Position numbers and translations under genes: made by a program | Shown: one piece after another, positions 30,256 through 39,790 of the stretch | Layout: every line of letters starts with the position of its first letter | Position numbering within the stretch: position 1 is the stretch's first letter | Assembly: GCA_964482715.1 (NCBI GenBank) | Contig: CAYZYX010000011.1 | Location: 1 to 46,723 of the forward strand | DNA from: an uncultured Clostridia bacterium | GTDB lineage: Bacteria; Aerophobota; Aerophobia; Aerophobales; B3-G15 | DNA: 46,723 nucleotides | Direction of reading: 5' to 3' | The notes under the pieces: model-generated | What the model saw: the letters and a program-made list of their open reading frames with translations, nothing else | Told to the model about the DNA's origin: nothing | The model's database searches: none

Positions 30256-31365
30256 TTAGTTTATAATTTCAAGACTGTATTCTAAATTGCCCAACCCTGA
30301 ATTTTTACAGAGTTTCCAAAATTTATCCATGTTTACTCTGGGATAAATGGTCTTTACTTTATCCTTTTTTGCACCTTTTCTATCTGATTCTGATCCCGGA
30401 TAATTTGTGCCCTTATTGAGAAGATCAAAGCTTGCTTTGTCACAGGCAAGTGCATCATAAGAAGCCAGAATTCCAAGGTCAGGAACAATTGGTAGATGAC
30501 TTTCTTTCATACAGTCGCAATGATGGGTGATATCCAAACAAATATTTATAAAAAATCTCTTTTCAGAAGAAAATCTGGAAATGACTCCACAGAATCCATC
30601 TATTATTCCTTTTTGCACATCCAGACTGAACACCGATTCCCAGGGGACGGTTATTGCTCTGGAAGGACAATAGGCAATGCATTCCCCACAACCGATACAT
30701 TTTTCCGGATCATACCCTATTTCTTTTTTTCCTTTTTGATAAAAAGCACCCGCAGGACAAACTCTAACACAGGAAAAACACAAAGTGCACTTTGATGCCT
30801 CGTATTTTGGTTTGGCCTGGGAAGTATGCATGGCCAGTTTTGTCTCTTTGGTTGTACATCCCATAGCAATGTTCTTTATTGATCCCCCAATTCCTGCGTC
30901 AGGATGAAGTGTGAAATGAGTTAGGGCAATAAGAAAATCAGATTCAAATACAGCCTGGGCAACTTTAACTTTTTTAAGTTTTTGATGGTTGGTAAGCTCT
31001 ATCCACTGACCGGAGGTTCCCCTTAATCCATCAGCAATTATTACCGGACATCCCATGGTTTCAGAAGTAAAACCGTTTCTGGCAGCTGTTTGCAGATAGT
31101 CAAAAAGGTTGTGACGGGCATGGCGATAGAGAGTGGTAGTATCAGTTAAAAATGGTCTTCCACCTGCTTTTTTGACCATATCTACTACCTGTCTTGCCAG
31201 AGCAGGCCTGATATAGCGGATATTTCCCATCTCCCCAAAGTGTATTTTTATGGCCACAATTTCGTCTTTTTCTATTTTTTTCCTTATTCCAGTTCGGGCA
31301 AATAATTTGTCCAGATTCTGCCAGGCAGCTTTGGGACCAATCATATAAACTTTACTCTCCTTCAA
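30256..31365 (-). CDS. DUF362 protein with two 4Fe-4S ferredoxin motifs
   Basis: KIHFGEMGN, PFLTDT, GGSIKNIAMGC, two CxxCxxCxxxCP motifs and CDC. Confidence 0.88.
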   Translation of the reverse strand: MKESKVYMIGPKAAWQNLDKLFARTGIRKKIEKDEIVAIKIHFGEMGNIRYIRPALARQVVDMVKKAGGRPFLTDTTTLYRHARHNLFDYLQTAARNGFTSETMGCPVIIADGLRGTSGQWIELTNHQKLKKVKVAQAVFESDFLIALTHFTLHPDAGIGGSIKNIAMGCTTKETKLAMHTSQAKPKYEASKCTLCFSCVRVCPAGAFYQKGKKEIGYDPEKCIGCGECIAYCPSRAITVPWESVFSLDVQKGIIDGFCGVISRFSSEKRFFINICLDITHHCDCMKESHLPIVPDLGILASYDALACDKASFDLLNKGTNYPGSESDRKGAKKDKVKTIYPRVNMDKFWKLCKNSGLGNLEYSLEIIN

Positions 31366-31867
31366 TTTCCCCTCCTGTAGTAACTTTTAGCCTGTCTTTT
31401 ATTTTCTCAAAACGAACATCCCCAATTCCAGAAACCTTCTTGAGTTCGGCAAGATTCTTAAAGCCCCCTTTCTCTATCCTGTATTTGATTATCCTTTCAG
31501 CAAGTTCGGGACCTATTCCAGGCAAAAAAGTAAGTTCCTCTACTGAAACACGATTCAAATCCATTCTGCCTTCAGGAATGTACACGACTGTTTTGCAGGT
31601 TAAAGGACGAGAAAGGTCCACTTCGGATAAATCAGCCCAGGGCAAAGTCCCACCTGCTCTTGTAATTAACTCTTTTACGGTAGAACCAGAAGTAACTTTG
31701 TACCATCCCTCTTTTTGAACCGCCCCTTCAATTTTAACGTCTACTGGTGGAGTGTAAGTGGGAATTTCCTGAGGTATCCCACCAACAAGTTTTATACCCA
31801 GCCCAACAACAAAAGCACTTACCAGGAAAAGAAGAATTAACCCTTCCTGTCGTGTTAAATTCCACAT
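31352..31867 (-). CDS. comEA: Competence DNA receptor ComEA (TM-SLBB-HhH)
   Basis: N-terminal TM helix, GAVQKEG..RAGG, LPGIGP and VSGIG. Confidence 0.88.
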   Translation of the reverse strand: MWNLTRQEGLILLFLVSAFVVGLGIKLVGGIPQEIPTYTPPVDVKIEGAVQKEGWYKVTSGSTVKELITRAGGTLPWADLSEVDLSRPLTCKTVVYIPEGRMDLNRVSVEELTFLPGIGPELAERIIKYRIEKGGFKNLAELKKVSGIGDVRFEKIKDRLKVTTGGEIEGE

Positions 31868-34315
31868 TCAATTTACCACGAGGTTGACGAGTTTGTTGGG
31901 GACATAAATTATTTTTCTTACGGTTTTACCCTGAGTATATTTTTTTACTTTCTCTCTCTGGAGAGCAATTTTTTCTATTTCTTCCCGTTTTTCCCCTGCA
32001 GAAATGGTGACTTTATCTCGCACCTTGCCATTTATCTGGATAACCAGGGTTAGTTTTTCCTCCTCAGTTAGTGACTCTCTGTATTCTGGCCAGGGATAAG
32101 TGGAAAGATCTTTTTCACAGCCCATTTTTTCTGCAAGTTCCTGACATATATGGGGAGTAAAAGGATAGAGCAGTAAAATCAAAATCTGGATAGCTTCTCT
32201 GAAAATTTCGGTTTTCTTAAAAGGATACCGGTAAAGATAGTTGACAAATTCCATGAGTGAGGCAAGTGCGGTATTAAAGTGAAAACGTTTTTCAATATCA
32301 TCACTTACTTTTTTAATTGTTTTATGGGTAACTTGCTGGAGTTCACCCTCATTTCCACTTTTTCTCTCAGAATAGATTTCTTCCCATCCTTCTTTCCATT
32401 TACCGGTATTATTTTCCAGAACAAGCTTCCAGACCCGATTGAGGAATCTGTTTATTCCCTCCAGGCCTTCCTGTTTCCAATCGAGATCCATCTCCGGTGG
32501 TGCTGCAAAGAGTATAAATCCCCGCAGGGTGTCAACTCCGTATTTCTCAATTATTCTTTCCGGGTCAACTACATTACCCCTGGACTTAGACATTTTTGCT
32601 CCATCTTTTATTACCATCCCCTGGGTAAGCAGGCGGGTAAAAGGTTCATCTATCTTTATAAGACCAAGGTCTCTTAGAACCTTGGTAAAAAAGCGTGAAT
32701 AAAGAAGATGAAGGACAGCGTGCTCGATTCCCCCTATATATTGGTCAACGGGCATCCAGTAATTGACTTCTTCAGAATCAAAAGGTATTTCGTTTCGCCG
32801 AAAAGAGGCATACCTTAAGAAATACCAGGATGAATCAACAAAAGTATCCATTGTATCAGTTTCCCTTTCTGCATTTCCTGAACATCGGGGACATTTACAT
32901 TCCAGGAAAGAGGGTACTTTTTTCAAAGGTGAACCGCCTTTACCGGTTATTTCAACTTCGGGGGGAAGTTTCACTGGAAGTTCTTCCTCCGGGACGGGAA
33001 CAGTTCCGCATTTCGGACAGTGAATCATGGGAATAGGTGTTCCCCAGTATCTCTGCCTTGAAATGCACCAGTCTCTCAACTTGTAGTTAATGCGAGGAAT
33101 TCCTATTCCCAATTCAGTCATCCATTGACTCATTTTTTTACGAGCTACCTGACTTGGCAGACCATCAAATTGCCCTGAATTTACCATTTTTCCTTCTCCC
33201 ACATAGGCCTTTTCCAGTTTACCGGAGTGACCTTCACCAGGGGAAACGACTATTCTTATGGGGAGGTTATACTTTAAAGCAAAATCAAAATCTCTTTCAT
33301 CATGGGCAGGAACAGCCATTATAGCTCCGGTTCCATATTCCTGCAGCACGTAATTGGCTATCCAGATAGGAATCTTTTCTTCATTTACCGGGTTGATAGC
33401 CCACAAGCCACTGAACACCCCTCTTTTTTCTATTTCCTTTTTGGCAAGTTGTTCTTTGCGCATTTTCTCGATTTCCGATCTGAGTCCCGGTTCTTTTCTC
33501 ACGACTTCCTCTACCAGCCCATGGGAGGGAGATAGAACCATGTAGGTTGCTCCAAATACGGTATCAGGGCGCGTTGTATAAACTGGAAGTTTGACTCCAT
33601 TATGAGCAAGTTTAAAATTTATTTCCATTCCTTCACTTCTACCAATCCAGTTTATCTGCATCTTTTTAACCGTAAGAGGCCAGTGGTCAAGTTTTTCTAC
33701 TTCTTCCAGAAGTTCGTCAGCATAAGAGGTTATGCGGAAAAACCACTGTTTCAAATTTTTCTCCTCAACAGGTGATTCACAGCGATAACAGGCTCCATTT
33801 ACTACCTGTTCATTAGCTAAAACAGTATTGCAGGTGGGACACCAGTTAGCCGGTGCTTTCTTTTGATAGACCAGTCCTTTTTCATAGAGTTTGATGAAAA
33901 ACCACTGGTTCCAGCGGTAATATTGAGGGTCACAGGTGACCACTTCTCTTTCCCAATCGTAAGAGAATCCCAGTTGCTTTAACTGACGACGCAGATTTTC
34001 TATGTTGCGGTAGGTCCAGGTGCGGGGATGGATTCCCTTTTCAATGGCTGCATTCTCTGCTGGCAGACCAAAAGCGTCAAATCCGATGGGATGGAGAACA
34101 TTAAAACCCTGCATTCGCTTATATCTGGCGATCACATCCCCGATTGTATAGTTACGAACATGTCCTATATGGATGCTCCCCGAGGTGTAGGGAAACATCT
34201 CTAAAATGTAGTATTTCTTTTCTTGATAGGGACGGGAGGAGAAAGTTTTATTTTTTTCCCAGTAATTCTGCCATTTTTTCTCGATTGTTCCCGGATTATA
34301 ATCAGTGAATTTCAT
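31868..34315 (-). CDS. leuS: Leucine--tRNA ligase
   Basis: HIGH, KMSKS, TTRPDT, GTGAIMAVPAHD and DWCISRQRYWG. Confidence 0.98.
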   Translation of the reverse strand: MKFTDYNPGTIEKKWQNYWEKNKTFSSRPYQEKKYYILEMFPYTSGSIHIGHVRNYTIGDVIARYKRMQGFNVLHPIGFDAFGLPAENAAIEKGIHPRTWTYRNIENLRRQLKQLGFSYDWEREVVTCDPQYYRWNQWFFIKLYEKGLVYQKKAPANWCPTCNTVLANEQVVNGACYRCESPVEEKNLKQWFFRITSYADELLEEVEKLDHWPLTVKKMQINWIGRSEGMEINFKLAHNGVKLPVYTTRPDTVFGATYMVLSPSHGLVEEVVRKEPGLRSEIEKMRKEQLAKKEIEKRGVFSGLWAINPVNEEKIPIWIANYVLQEYGTGAIMAVPAHDERDFDFALKYNLPIRIVVSPGEGHSGKLEKAYVGEGKMVNSGQFDGLPSQVARKKMSQWMTELGIGIPRINYKLRDWCISRQRYWGTPIPMIHCPKCGTVPVPEEELPVKLPPEVEITGKGGSPLKKVPSFLECKCPRCSGNAERETDTMDTFVDSSWYFLRYASFRRNEIPFDSEEVNYWMPVDQYIGGIEHAVLHLLYSRFFTKVLRDLGLIKIDEPFTRLLTQGMVIKDGAKMSKSRGNVVDPERIIEKYGVDTLRGFILFAAPPEMDLDWKQEGLEGINRFLNRVWKLVLENNTGKWKEGWEEIYSERKSGNEGELQQVTHKTIKKVSDDIEKRFHFNTALASLMEFVNYLYRYPFKKTEIFREAIQILILLLYPFTPHICQELAEKMGCEKDLSTYPWPEYRESLTEEEKLTLVIQINGKVRDKVTISAGEKREEIEKIALQREKVKKYTQGKTVRKIIYVPNKLVNLVVN

Positions 34316-34353
34316 TTTTCTTTTATTTTTAATTTAAAGACTAAAAATAAAAC

Positions 34354-34428
34354 TGGAGCCGGCGATAGGATTTGAACCTACACCCTGCTGATTACGAATC
34401 AGCCGCTCTACCCTTGAGCTACGCCGGC
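34354..34428 (-). tRNA. tRNA-Thr (anticodon CGT), CCA encoded
   Basis: GCCGGCGTAGCTCAAGGGTAGAGCGGCTGATTCGTAATCAGCAGGGTGTAGGTTCAAATCCTATCGCCGGCTCCA folds as a cloverleaf. Confidence 0.97.
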
Positions 34429-34441
34429 CCAGTATTAAATA

Positions 34442-34469
34442 ATATTATTCACCCTTGGTTCTCTGTCAA
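34442..34469 (-). promoter_or_regulatory. Promoter of tRNA-Thr-leuS
   Basis: Minus strand TTGACA (34469-34464), 16-nt spacer, TAATAT. Confidence 0.7.
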
Positions 34470-34477
34470 GCAAAAAG

Positions 34478-34605
34478 CTCCAGTTTCGGAAAAAATTCCC
34501 CTTAGACAGCCCGGGTGCGTATACCTTGCTTTGGAGGAAGGGAATACACCTTTCCTTTTAGTGTTATAAGTTTTATCTTTGTTATAAGACTTTTTCCCGA
34601 ATCTG
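34478..34605. repeat. Intergenic inverted-repeat element, copy 2, with 45-nt insert
   Basis: Inverted copy of 1438-1521 with extra sequence at 34545-34589. Confidence 0.85.
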
Positions 34606-34686
34606 AAAAATGTCCCCCACTGGCGTGGCTTTACTCGCTGCTTTCTCCGGGAGCCTCATTTTTCACAAGCTTTGTCTTAAAGATTT

Positions 34687-35778
34687 TTATCTTTCTCTTT
34701 TTCCAGTTATGAACTCTTCTACCCTTTCTCTTGCCTCCTCATCGGAGTATTGAACTGGGGGATGTTTCATGGTATAAGCAGATATTGAAGTCAGGACACC
34801 ACCTATTCCTCGATCCAGAGCCAGTTTACAGCATCTTATTGCATCAATTGCGCAACCCGCACTATTGGGGGAATCTTCAACTGAGAGTCTCAGATCAAGA
34901 ACAACAGGTGCATTACCGAATTCTCTACCTTCCATGCGGATAAAACAAACCTTGTTATCTTTTTGCCATGGCACGTAGTCGCTTGGTCCTATATGGACAT
35001 TTTCTTCAGAGAGTGGTTCATCTAATTGAGAAACAACTGCCTCTGTCTTGGAGATTTTCTTTGAAGAGAGCCTGTTTCGCGCCAGCATATTGAGAAAATC
35101 AGTATTTCCTCCTACGTTAAGCTGGTAGGTTCGATCCAGCTTCACTCCCCTGTCACGGAAAAGTTTTGTTAAAATCCGATGGGTAATGGTAGCCCCCAGC
35201 TGAGCCTTTATGTCATCTCCCACAAGAGGTAGACCCTTTTCTTCAAATTTTTTTGCCCACTCTTCATCAGAGGCGATAAATACAGGTACACAATTGACAA
35301 AGGCTATTTCTGCATCTAAAGCTGCCTGTGCGTAAAACCTCACTGCCTCTTCCGAACCAACGGGAAGGTAGTTAACCAGTATTTCGGCTCCACTTTTTTT
35401 CAGTTCCTCAACTACATCACAGGACTCTTCACCGGCAATCCGAAAAGATTGATCTTCCGGGTAATCTTCCATATGAGAAGCTACTCCATCCAGTACTTTG
35501 CCCATTTTAACCTTAACTCCATAATAAGGAATGTCAGGACAAAAAACCAGAGTATTGTTTGGTTTAGCAAATATTGCTTCACTCAAGTCTTTCCCAACTT
35601 TTCTTTTATCAATGTCAAAAGCGGCAACAACTTTTATGTCTCCTACTTTGTAACCGTTAATTTCAGGATGCATCAACCCGATTACTTCCCGGTTGTTTTT
35701 CCTGTAATACTCTATCCCCTGAATCAGAGAACTTGCACAATTACCTACTCCTGCAATAGCAATTCTTATTTCACTCAT
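34687..35778 (-). CDS. ino1: myo-inositol-1-phosphate synthase
   Basis: [37 protein letters not shown] and EDSPNSAG. Confidence 0.96.
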   Translation of the reverse strand: MSEIRIAIAGVGNCASSLIQGIEYYRKNNREVIGLMHPEINGYKVGDIKVVAAFDIDKRKVGKDLSEAIFAKPNNTLVFCPDIPYYGVKVKMGKVLDGVASHMEDYPEDQSFRIAGEESCDVVEELKKSGAEILVNYLPVGSEEAVRFYAQAALDAEIAFVNCVPVFIASDEEWAKKFEEKGLPLVGDDIKAQLGATITHRILTKLFRDRGVKLDRTYQLNVGGNTDFLNMLARNRLSSKKISKTEAVVSQLDEPLSEENVHIGPSDYVPWQKDNKVCFIRMEGREFGNAPVVLDLRLSVEDSPNSAGCAIDAIRCCKLALDRGIGGVLTSISAYTMKHPPVQYSDEEARERVEEFITGKRER

Positions 35779-35871
35779 TTTACCCTCCCCCTTTAAATTT
35801 TTTTAAATTTTTAGATTAAATGAGTTACTTTGTTTCGCCACGAACAGGCTTGAAAATTCAGTAGCCTCTGT

Positions 35872-37206
35872 TCACGCTTCACTTATATTATTTTTTCTCA
35901 AAATATAAAGTCTCCTGAGTGACTCTAAATTAGTTAATACCCCCAGAAGTAAAAGAACAAAGTAAATCTGATTAAGAAAAGCCCCAATCATGATTAAAAA
36001 AATCCTTATATCTCGCCCGATTCTTACCTTTATCTTAGATTTTTCCCTGGTTAAAAAAATGCTGTCATATTTGATTGCTGTATAACTGTTCATGAAACTG
36101 CCAATCAAGGCCATGAAACCAACAAGCCAGATATCAGTTGTAAGATGCAATTTCCACCAGCCATAGGTCATGCCAAAAATTATCAGAGCATCTGCATATC
36201 TGTCAAGGACCGCATCAAACCAGGCACCGTATTTGGAACTCTGAAATTTGAGTCTGGCTATCTCTCCATCACAGCCATCAATTATTGAAGATAGCTGAGA
36301 TAAGACTCCAGCAATGACAAAGTAAAGATAACCGCCAAGGGAGAAAAAAAGACCCGATAAACCACAGAGAAAAAAACTCACAAGCGAAATCAGGTCAGGT
36401 TTCAGGTTAAAGTTTACCAGAAATTTTGAAATTCTAATGGAAACAGGACGATTAAGATATTTTGATATAGGACCATCTGTTGGTTTTTTTAATTTTTGAC
36501 ACAAAATTTTCTCAGCCATCCTGTAAGATTTGATGGTATCTATGTCAATCCAGAAATTGTTTCCCACCTCCAGGGATTTAATTTTTCTCTTTTTCGCTAA
36601 AATTCTGATTCCTCCCGATAAGGTTTCGTCTCCTTCTTTCACACTTTGGTCTAAGGCAGAGAAGATTAGCGGAGATAAAAGAAATATACCACAGTCGACA
36701 CAATTAAAATTTTCCGTATCTTTTCCAATCTCCAGAATGTACCCATCATCATCTACTTTGACTTTTGTGGCATCTTCAAGGTCTATGTAGTATTTATCTG
36801 GTGCTCTATCTACTACAAGCACACACTCGTCTTTCTTTAATTCCGTTTTTTGTAACCTTTTTAATATTTGACTGTCAAAAATATGATCTGACATCAGCAG
36901 AACAAATTTTTCTTTCAGGACCTCTTTTGCCATTAGAACCGAAATACCATTTTCTCTATCCCATTCATTATTCTCAATATAGGTAATATTAACACCAAGA
37001 TTTTTTCCGTTACCAAGTTCTTTTTTTATTTTTTCGCCCAGATAACCCACAACTACAACAAACTCCTCAATTCCAGCCTGTTTTGCTGTAAGGATTATTC
37101 GTTCAATTAAGGACAAACCTAAAAGTCTAATAAGAGGTTTGGGTTTTTCCTTACTTTTGGTCTGCAGTCTACTACCTTTTCCAGCAGCAATTATTAGAGC
37201 TTTCAT
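35872..37206 (-). CDS. Bifunctional inositol-1-phosphate cytidylyltransferase / CDP-alcohol phosphotransferase (IPCT/DIPPS)
   Basis: N-terminal AAGKGSR..KPKPL nucleotidyltransferase, DGPISKYLNRPVS, and DGCDGEIAR...GAWFDAVLDRYAD. It is adjacent to ino1. Confidence 0.9.
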   Translation of the reverse strand: MKALIIAAGKGSRLQTKSKEKPKPLIRLLGLSLIERIILTAKQAGIEEFVVVVGYLGEKIKKELGNGKNLGVNITYIENNEWDRENGISVLMAKEVLKEKFVLLMSDHIFDSQILKRLQKTELKKDECVLVVDRAPDKYYIDLEDATKVKVDDDGYILEIGKDTENFNCVDCGIFLLSPLIFSALDQSVKEGDETLSGGIRILAKKRKIKSLEVGNNFWIDIDTIKSYRMAEKILCQKLKKPTDGPISKYLNRPVSIRISKFLVNFNLKPDLISLVSFFLCGLSGLFFSLGGYLYFVIAGVLSQLSSIIDGCDGEIARLKFQSSKYGAWFDAVLDRYADALIIFGMTYGWWKLHLTTDIWLVGFMALIGSFMNSYTAIKYDSIFLTREKSKIKVRIGRDIRIFLIMIGAFLNQIYFVLLLLGVLTNLESLRRLYILRKNNISEA

Positions 37207-38095
37207 TTTGCTTTCTTAAAAAATCCTCCACATCTTTTATGGTTCCCTCAAAAGGTCCATGTTTTGCCAGCTTAAGCGAGGAAACAGCAGCAGCAAATTT
37301 TCCTATCTCGACAAAATCTGTCCGAACACGGGAATTTTTTAGTTTTTTATAGATATAACCTGCCATATAAGTATCACCACATCCAGTAGGATCCACAAAT
37401 TTTTCTGGAGGATAAGCGGGAACCGGATAAAATTCCCCTTCCACAAAAATTAAGCTACCATTTGAGCCTGAAGTTATGATCACTTCCCTGGGACCAAAGG
37501 ATGATAGTTTTTTCACTGCTTTTTTTAAGTCTCTTTCACCGGTTAAAATTTCTGCTTCAATTTCGTCTGTCTTTAAAATACTTACGTACGGAAGCACTTT
37601 TTCTTTTTCTTTCCAATCTTCTTTTTTTACCCATCCATTTACTATTTTTCTTACAAATCCTTGCACATCTAAACAAATGGTAGCTCTTTCGGCTAATAAT
37701 TTAAAGATAAAAAGATTTATGTCCCCCCTCACCAGGGGACCAAGATGAAAAATCTTTGGATAGATCTCGGGTATGTTGTTCAAAAGAAAAGGCGACGCAG
37801 TGGACTTGACTTTCTGAATCCGCTCTTTTTCTCCATCCAGAGTCTTTCTGTAAGTGTTTTCAAATACAGTTGTTGAAGTGTTGGTGGTAAGAAAAAGGGT
37901 GATATTTTTTTTCTTTAATTCATCTATCAGGTGAAGGTCTTTTTCCCCAATCTTGGTAACTACTGCCACATTCAAACCCAGATTCTTTAAAGCTAAAGAG
38001 GTATAATAAGCAGTTCCTCCAGGTAAGACTTTTTGGTGATGATTTATTCTTACTATATCTTTGGTTACATATCCAATCACGCAAACATCTATCAA
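37172..38095 (-). CDS. PfkB/ribokinase-family kinase, probable myo-inositol 3-kinase
   Basis: PGGTAYY, LDVQGFVR and DPTGCGD, in the inositol cluster. TTG start. Confidence 0.8.
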   Translation of the reverse strand: MIDVCVIGYVTKDIVRINHHQKVLPGGTAYYTSLALKNLGLNVAVVTKIGEKDLHLIDELKKKNITLFLTTNTSTTVFENTYRKTLDGEKERIQKVKSTASPFLLNNIPEIYPKIFHLGPLVRGDINLFIFKLLAERATICLDVQGFVRKIVNGWVKKEDWKEKEKVLPYVSILKTDEIEAEILTGERDLKKAVKKLSSFGPREVIITSGSNGSLIFVEGEFYPVPAYPPEKFVDPTGCGDTYMAGYIYKKLKNSRVRTDFVEIGKFAAAVSSLKLAKHGPFEGTIKDVEDFLRKQNESSNNCCWKR

Positions 38096-38184
38096 TTAAA
38101 CTTCCCCTCTTAAAAAGTTTTTGGTTAGTTTGTTGGCACAAAAAAGGGATCCTGAAAAGAGATGGCTGTTGGTAATATATTATT

Positions 38185-38213
38185 ATTTTATTTTATTTTG
38201 CCATCTTTGTCAA
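38185..38213 (-). promoter_or_regulatory. Promoter of the inositol cluster
   Basis: Minus strand TTGACA (38213-38208), 17-nt spacer, TAAAAT. Confidence 0.65.
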
Positions 38214-38313
38214 ACGACCTGGGGCTGAAATTGAACTTAAAGGTCTAACACAACACAGGGGATTATGCATCTATTAAAATTAAAAACGGTGAAATGGCTA
38301 TGTTATCTGGAAG

Positions 38314-38342
38314 TTGCTGAAACGAAGGATTTGTTTTATAAT
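38314..38342 (+). promoter_or_regulatory. Probable promoter
   Basis: TTGCTG, 17-nt spacer, TATAAT. Confidence 0.6.
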
Positions 38343-38369
38343 ATACCCACTCTGGAGAAGGAGGGAAAG

Positions 38370-38702
38370 ATGCTTTTCTGGAAGAAAAGGAAAAAATTCG
38401 ATGACAAACAGCTTGAACAGATAGTTGATGAATATCTGGGTCTGATGAAAGAGACAATTGAAGGATGTTTACCCCGTAATCTGCGTAGAGCCTTACGCAG
38501 GAGGAAAGAATGGAGAGACTTTTCCAGAGTTAACAAAGAGGAGGAAATTGAGCAAATAAAGAAAAATGGTCTGGAGAACTGGTTGGCCACAACCATGCAG
38601 GAAGCCTACGAGGAGCTTGCACCTTTTGTTTCTCAATCTACTGAAATGGAACAGAAGTTAAAAAAGATGCTGAAAGAATTTAAGGAAAAGTGGGGAATAT
38701 AG
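38370..38702 (+). CDS. Hypothetical helical protein (110 aa)
   Basis: GGAGGG ribosome-binding site before ATG 38370 and a promoter upstream; no recognised motif. Confidence 0.7.
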   Translation: MLFWKKRKKFDDKQLEQIVDEYLGLMKETIEGCLPRNLRRALRRRKEWRDFSRVNKEEEIEQIKKNGLENWLATTMQEAYEELAPFVSQSTEMEQKLKKMLKEFKEKWGI

Positions 38703-38749
38703 CTTTTAACCTGAATCCATATCTTATTTAATTTTTAAGAGGTATAAAC

Positions 38750-39769
38750 TTGCAGGAAAAGATCAAAGTTTCAATAATAGGATCCACAGGTTATACAGGG
38801 GCGGAACTGGTGAGACTTTTGCTTCTGCATCCGGAGGTAGAGATAGACAGATTAACTTCGGAAAGTTTTGCTGGACAGAGAATCTGTGATGTTTATCCTT
38901 CCCTGAAATGTACCAGGGTTTGCGAGCCTCTTGAAGTGGAAAAGATTTCCTCTCCTTTCGTTTTTGTAGCCCTTCCCCACGGAGTTTCTGCTCCAGTGGT
39001 GAGAAAGCTTTACGACAAAGGTTTAAAAGTGGTTGATCTTTCGGCTGATTTTCGTTTAAATGACGAAAGACTCTATGAAAAATGGTACGGAATCACTCAT
39101 CCTGAGAAAGAGCTTTTATCAAAAGCTGTTTACGGTCTTCCCGAATTAAACAGAGAAAAAATAAAAAAAGCCAGGTTAGTAGCTAACCCGGGGTGTTATC
39201 CTTCTTCGGTAATTCTGGCTTTAGCACCTCTTCTGAAAAACGATCTTGTAGAAGTGGAGGGAATAGTTGTTGACTCCAAATCGGGAGTGACTGGAGCGGG
39301 AAGAAGTCTCTCCCTGAAAACACATTTTCCTGAAGTCAACGAGAACATAAATGCTTATGCTGTCACTGGACACCGACATATTCCAGAGATGGAACAGGAA
39401 CTTACCAAAATTTCAGGGAAAAAGATGATCTTAAGCTTTACCCCGCATCTTATTCCAGTCAACAGAGGGATTCTTTCAACCTGTTATGCTGACTTAAAAT
39501 CTCAACTCACTCCCCGGGATCTGGTGAAGATTTACTCAGAGTTTTATGCCGGTGAACCTTTTATTGAAATCTTACCTCCAGGGGTTTTTCCCCATACCAG
39601 AGAAGTTATCTGGTCTAATCGATGTCGGATCGGGCTGGATGTAGATGTTCGGTGTGGTAAGGTAAAAATTATTTCTGTTATTGATAACCTGGGTAAGGGA
39701 GCCTCAGGGCAGGCTGTTCAAAATATGAACCTTATGTGTGGATTTGATGAAAAAATGGGACTTAACTAA
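38750..39769 (+). CDS. argC: N-acetyl-gamma-glutamyl-phosphate reductase
   Basis: GSTGYTG, DLSADFR, ANPGCYP and DNLGKGASGQA. Confidence 0.97.
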   Translation: MQEKIKVSIIGSTGYTGAELVRLLLLHPEVEIDRLTSESFAGQRICDVYPSLKCTRVCEPLEVEKISSPFVFVALPHGVSAPVVRKLYDKGLKVVDLSADFRLNDERLYEKWYGITHPEKELLSKAVYGLPELNREKIKKARLVANPGCYPSSVILALAPLLKNDLVEVEGIVVDSKSGVTGAGRSLSLKTHFPEVNENINAYAVTGHRHIPEMEQELTKISGKKMILSFTPHLIPVNRGILSTCYADLKSQLTPRDLVKIYSEFYAGEPFIEILPPGVFPHTREVIWSNRCRIGLDVDVRCGKVKIISVIDNLGKGASGQAVQNMNLMCGFDEKMGLN

Positions 39770-39790
39770 ACAGACCAGTGAGGAGAAAAA

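Noticed and set aside
37172-37206. Frameshift or fusion between the kinase and IPCT/DIPPS
   Set aside because: This is a simple 35-nt overlap; both ORFs are full length with their own starts and stops.
34354-38095. Genomic island integrated at tRNA-Thr
   Set aside because: The inositol cluster lies on the 5' side of the tRNA, and no duplicated tRNA 3' end or integrase was seen.
37172-38095. PPi-dependent inositol kinase of the Thermotoga TM0415 type
   Set aside because: The anion-hole motif is DPTGCGD, which lacks the arginines of the PPi-dependent form and is consistent with ATP use.
38160-38206. AGATGGC/GCCATCT inverted repeat around the -10 element of the inositol cluster
   Set aside because: It is only 7 bp with a 33-nt gap, which is too weak to call an operator.
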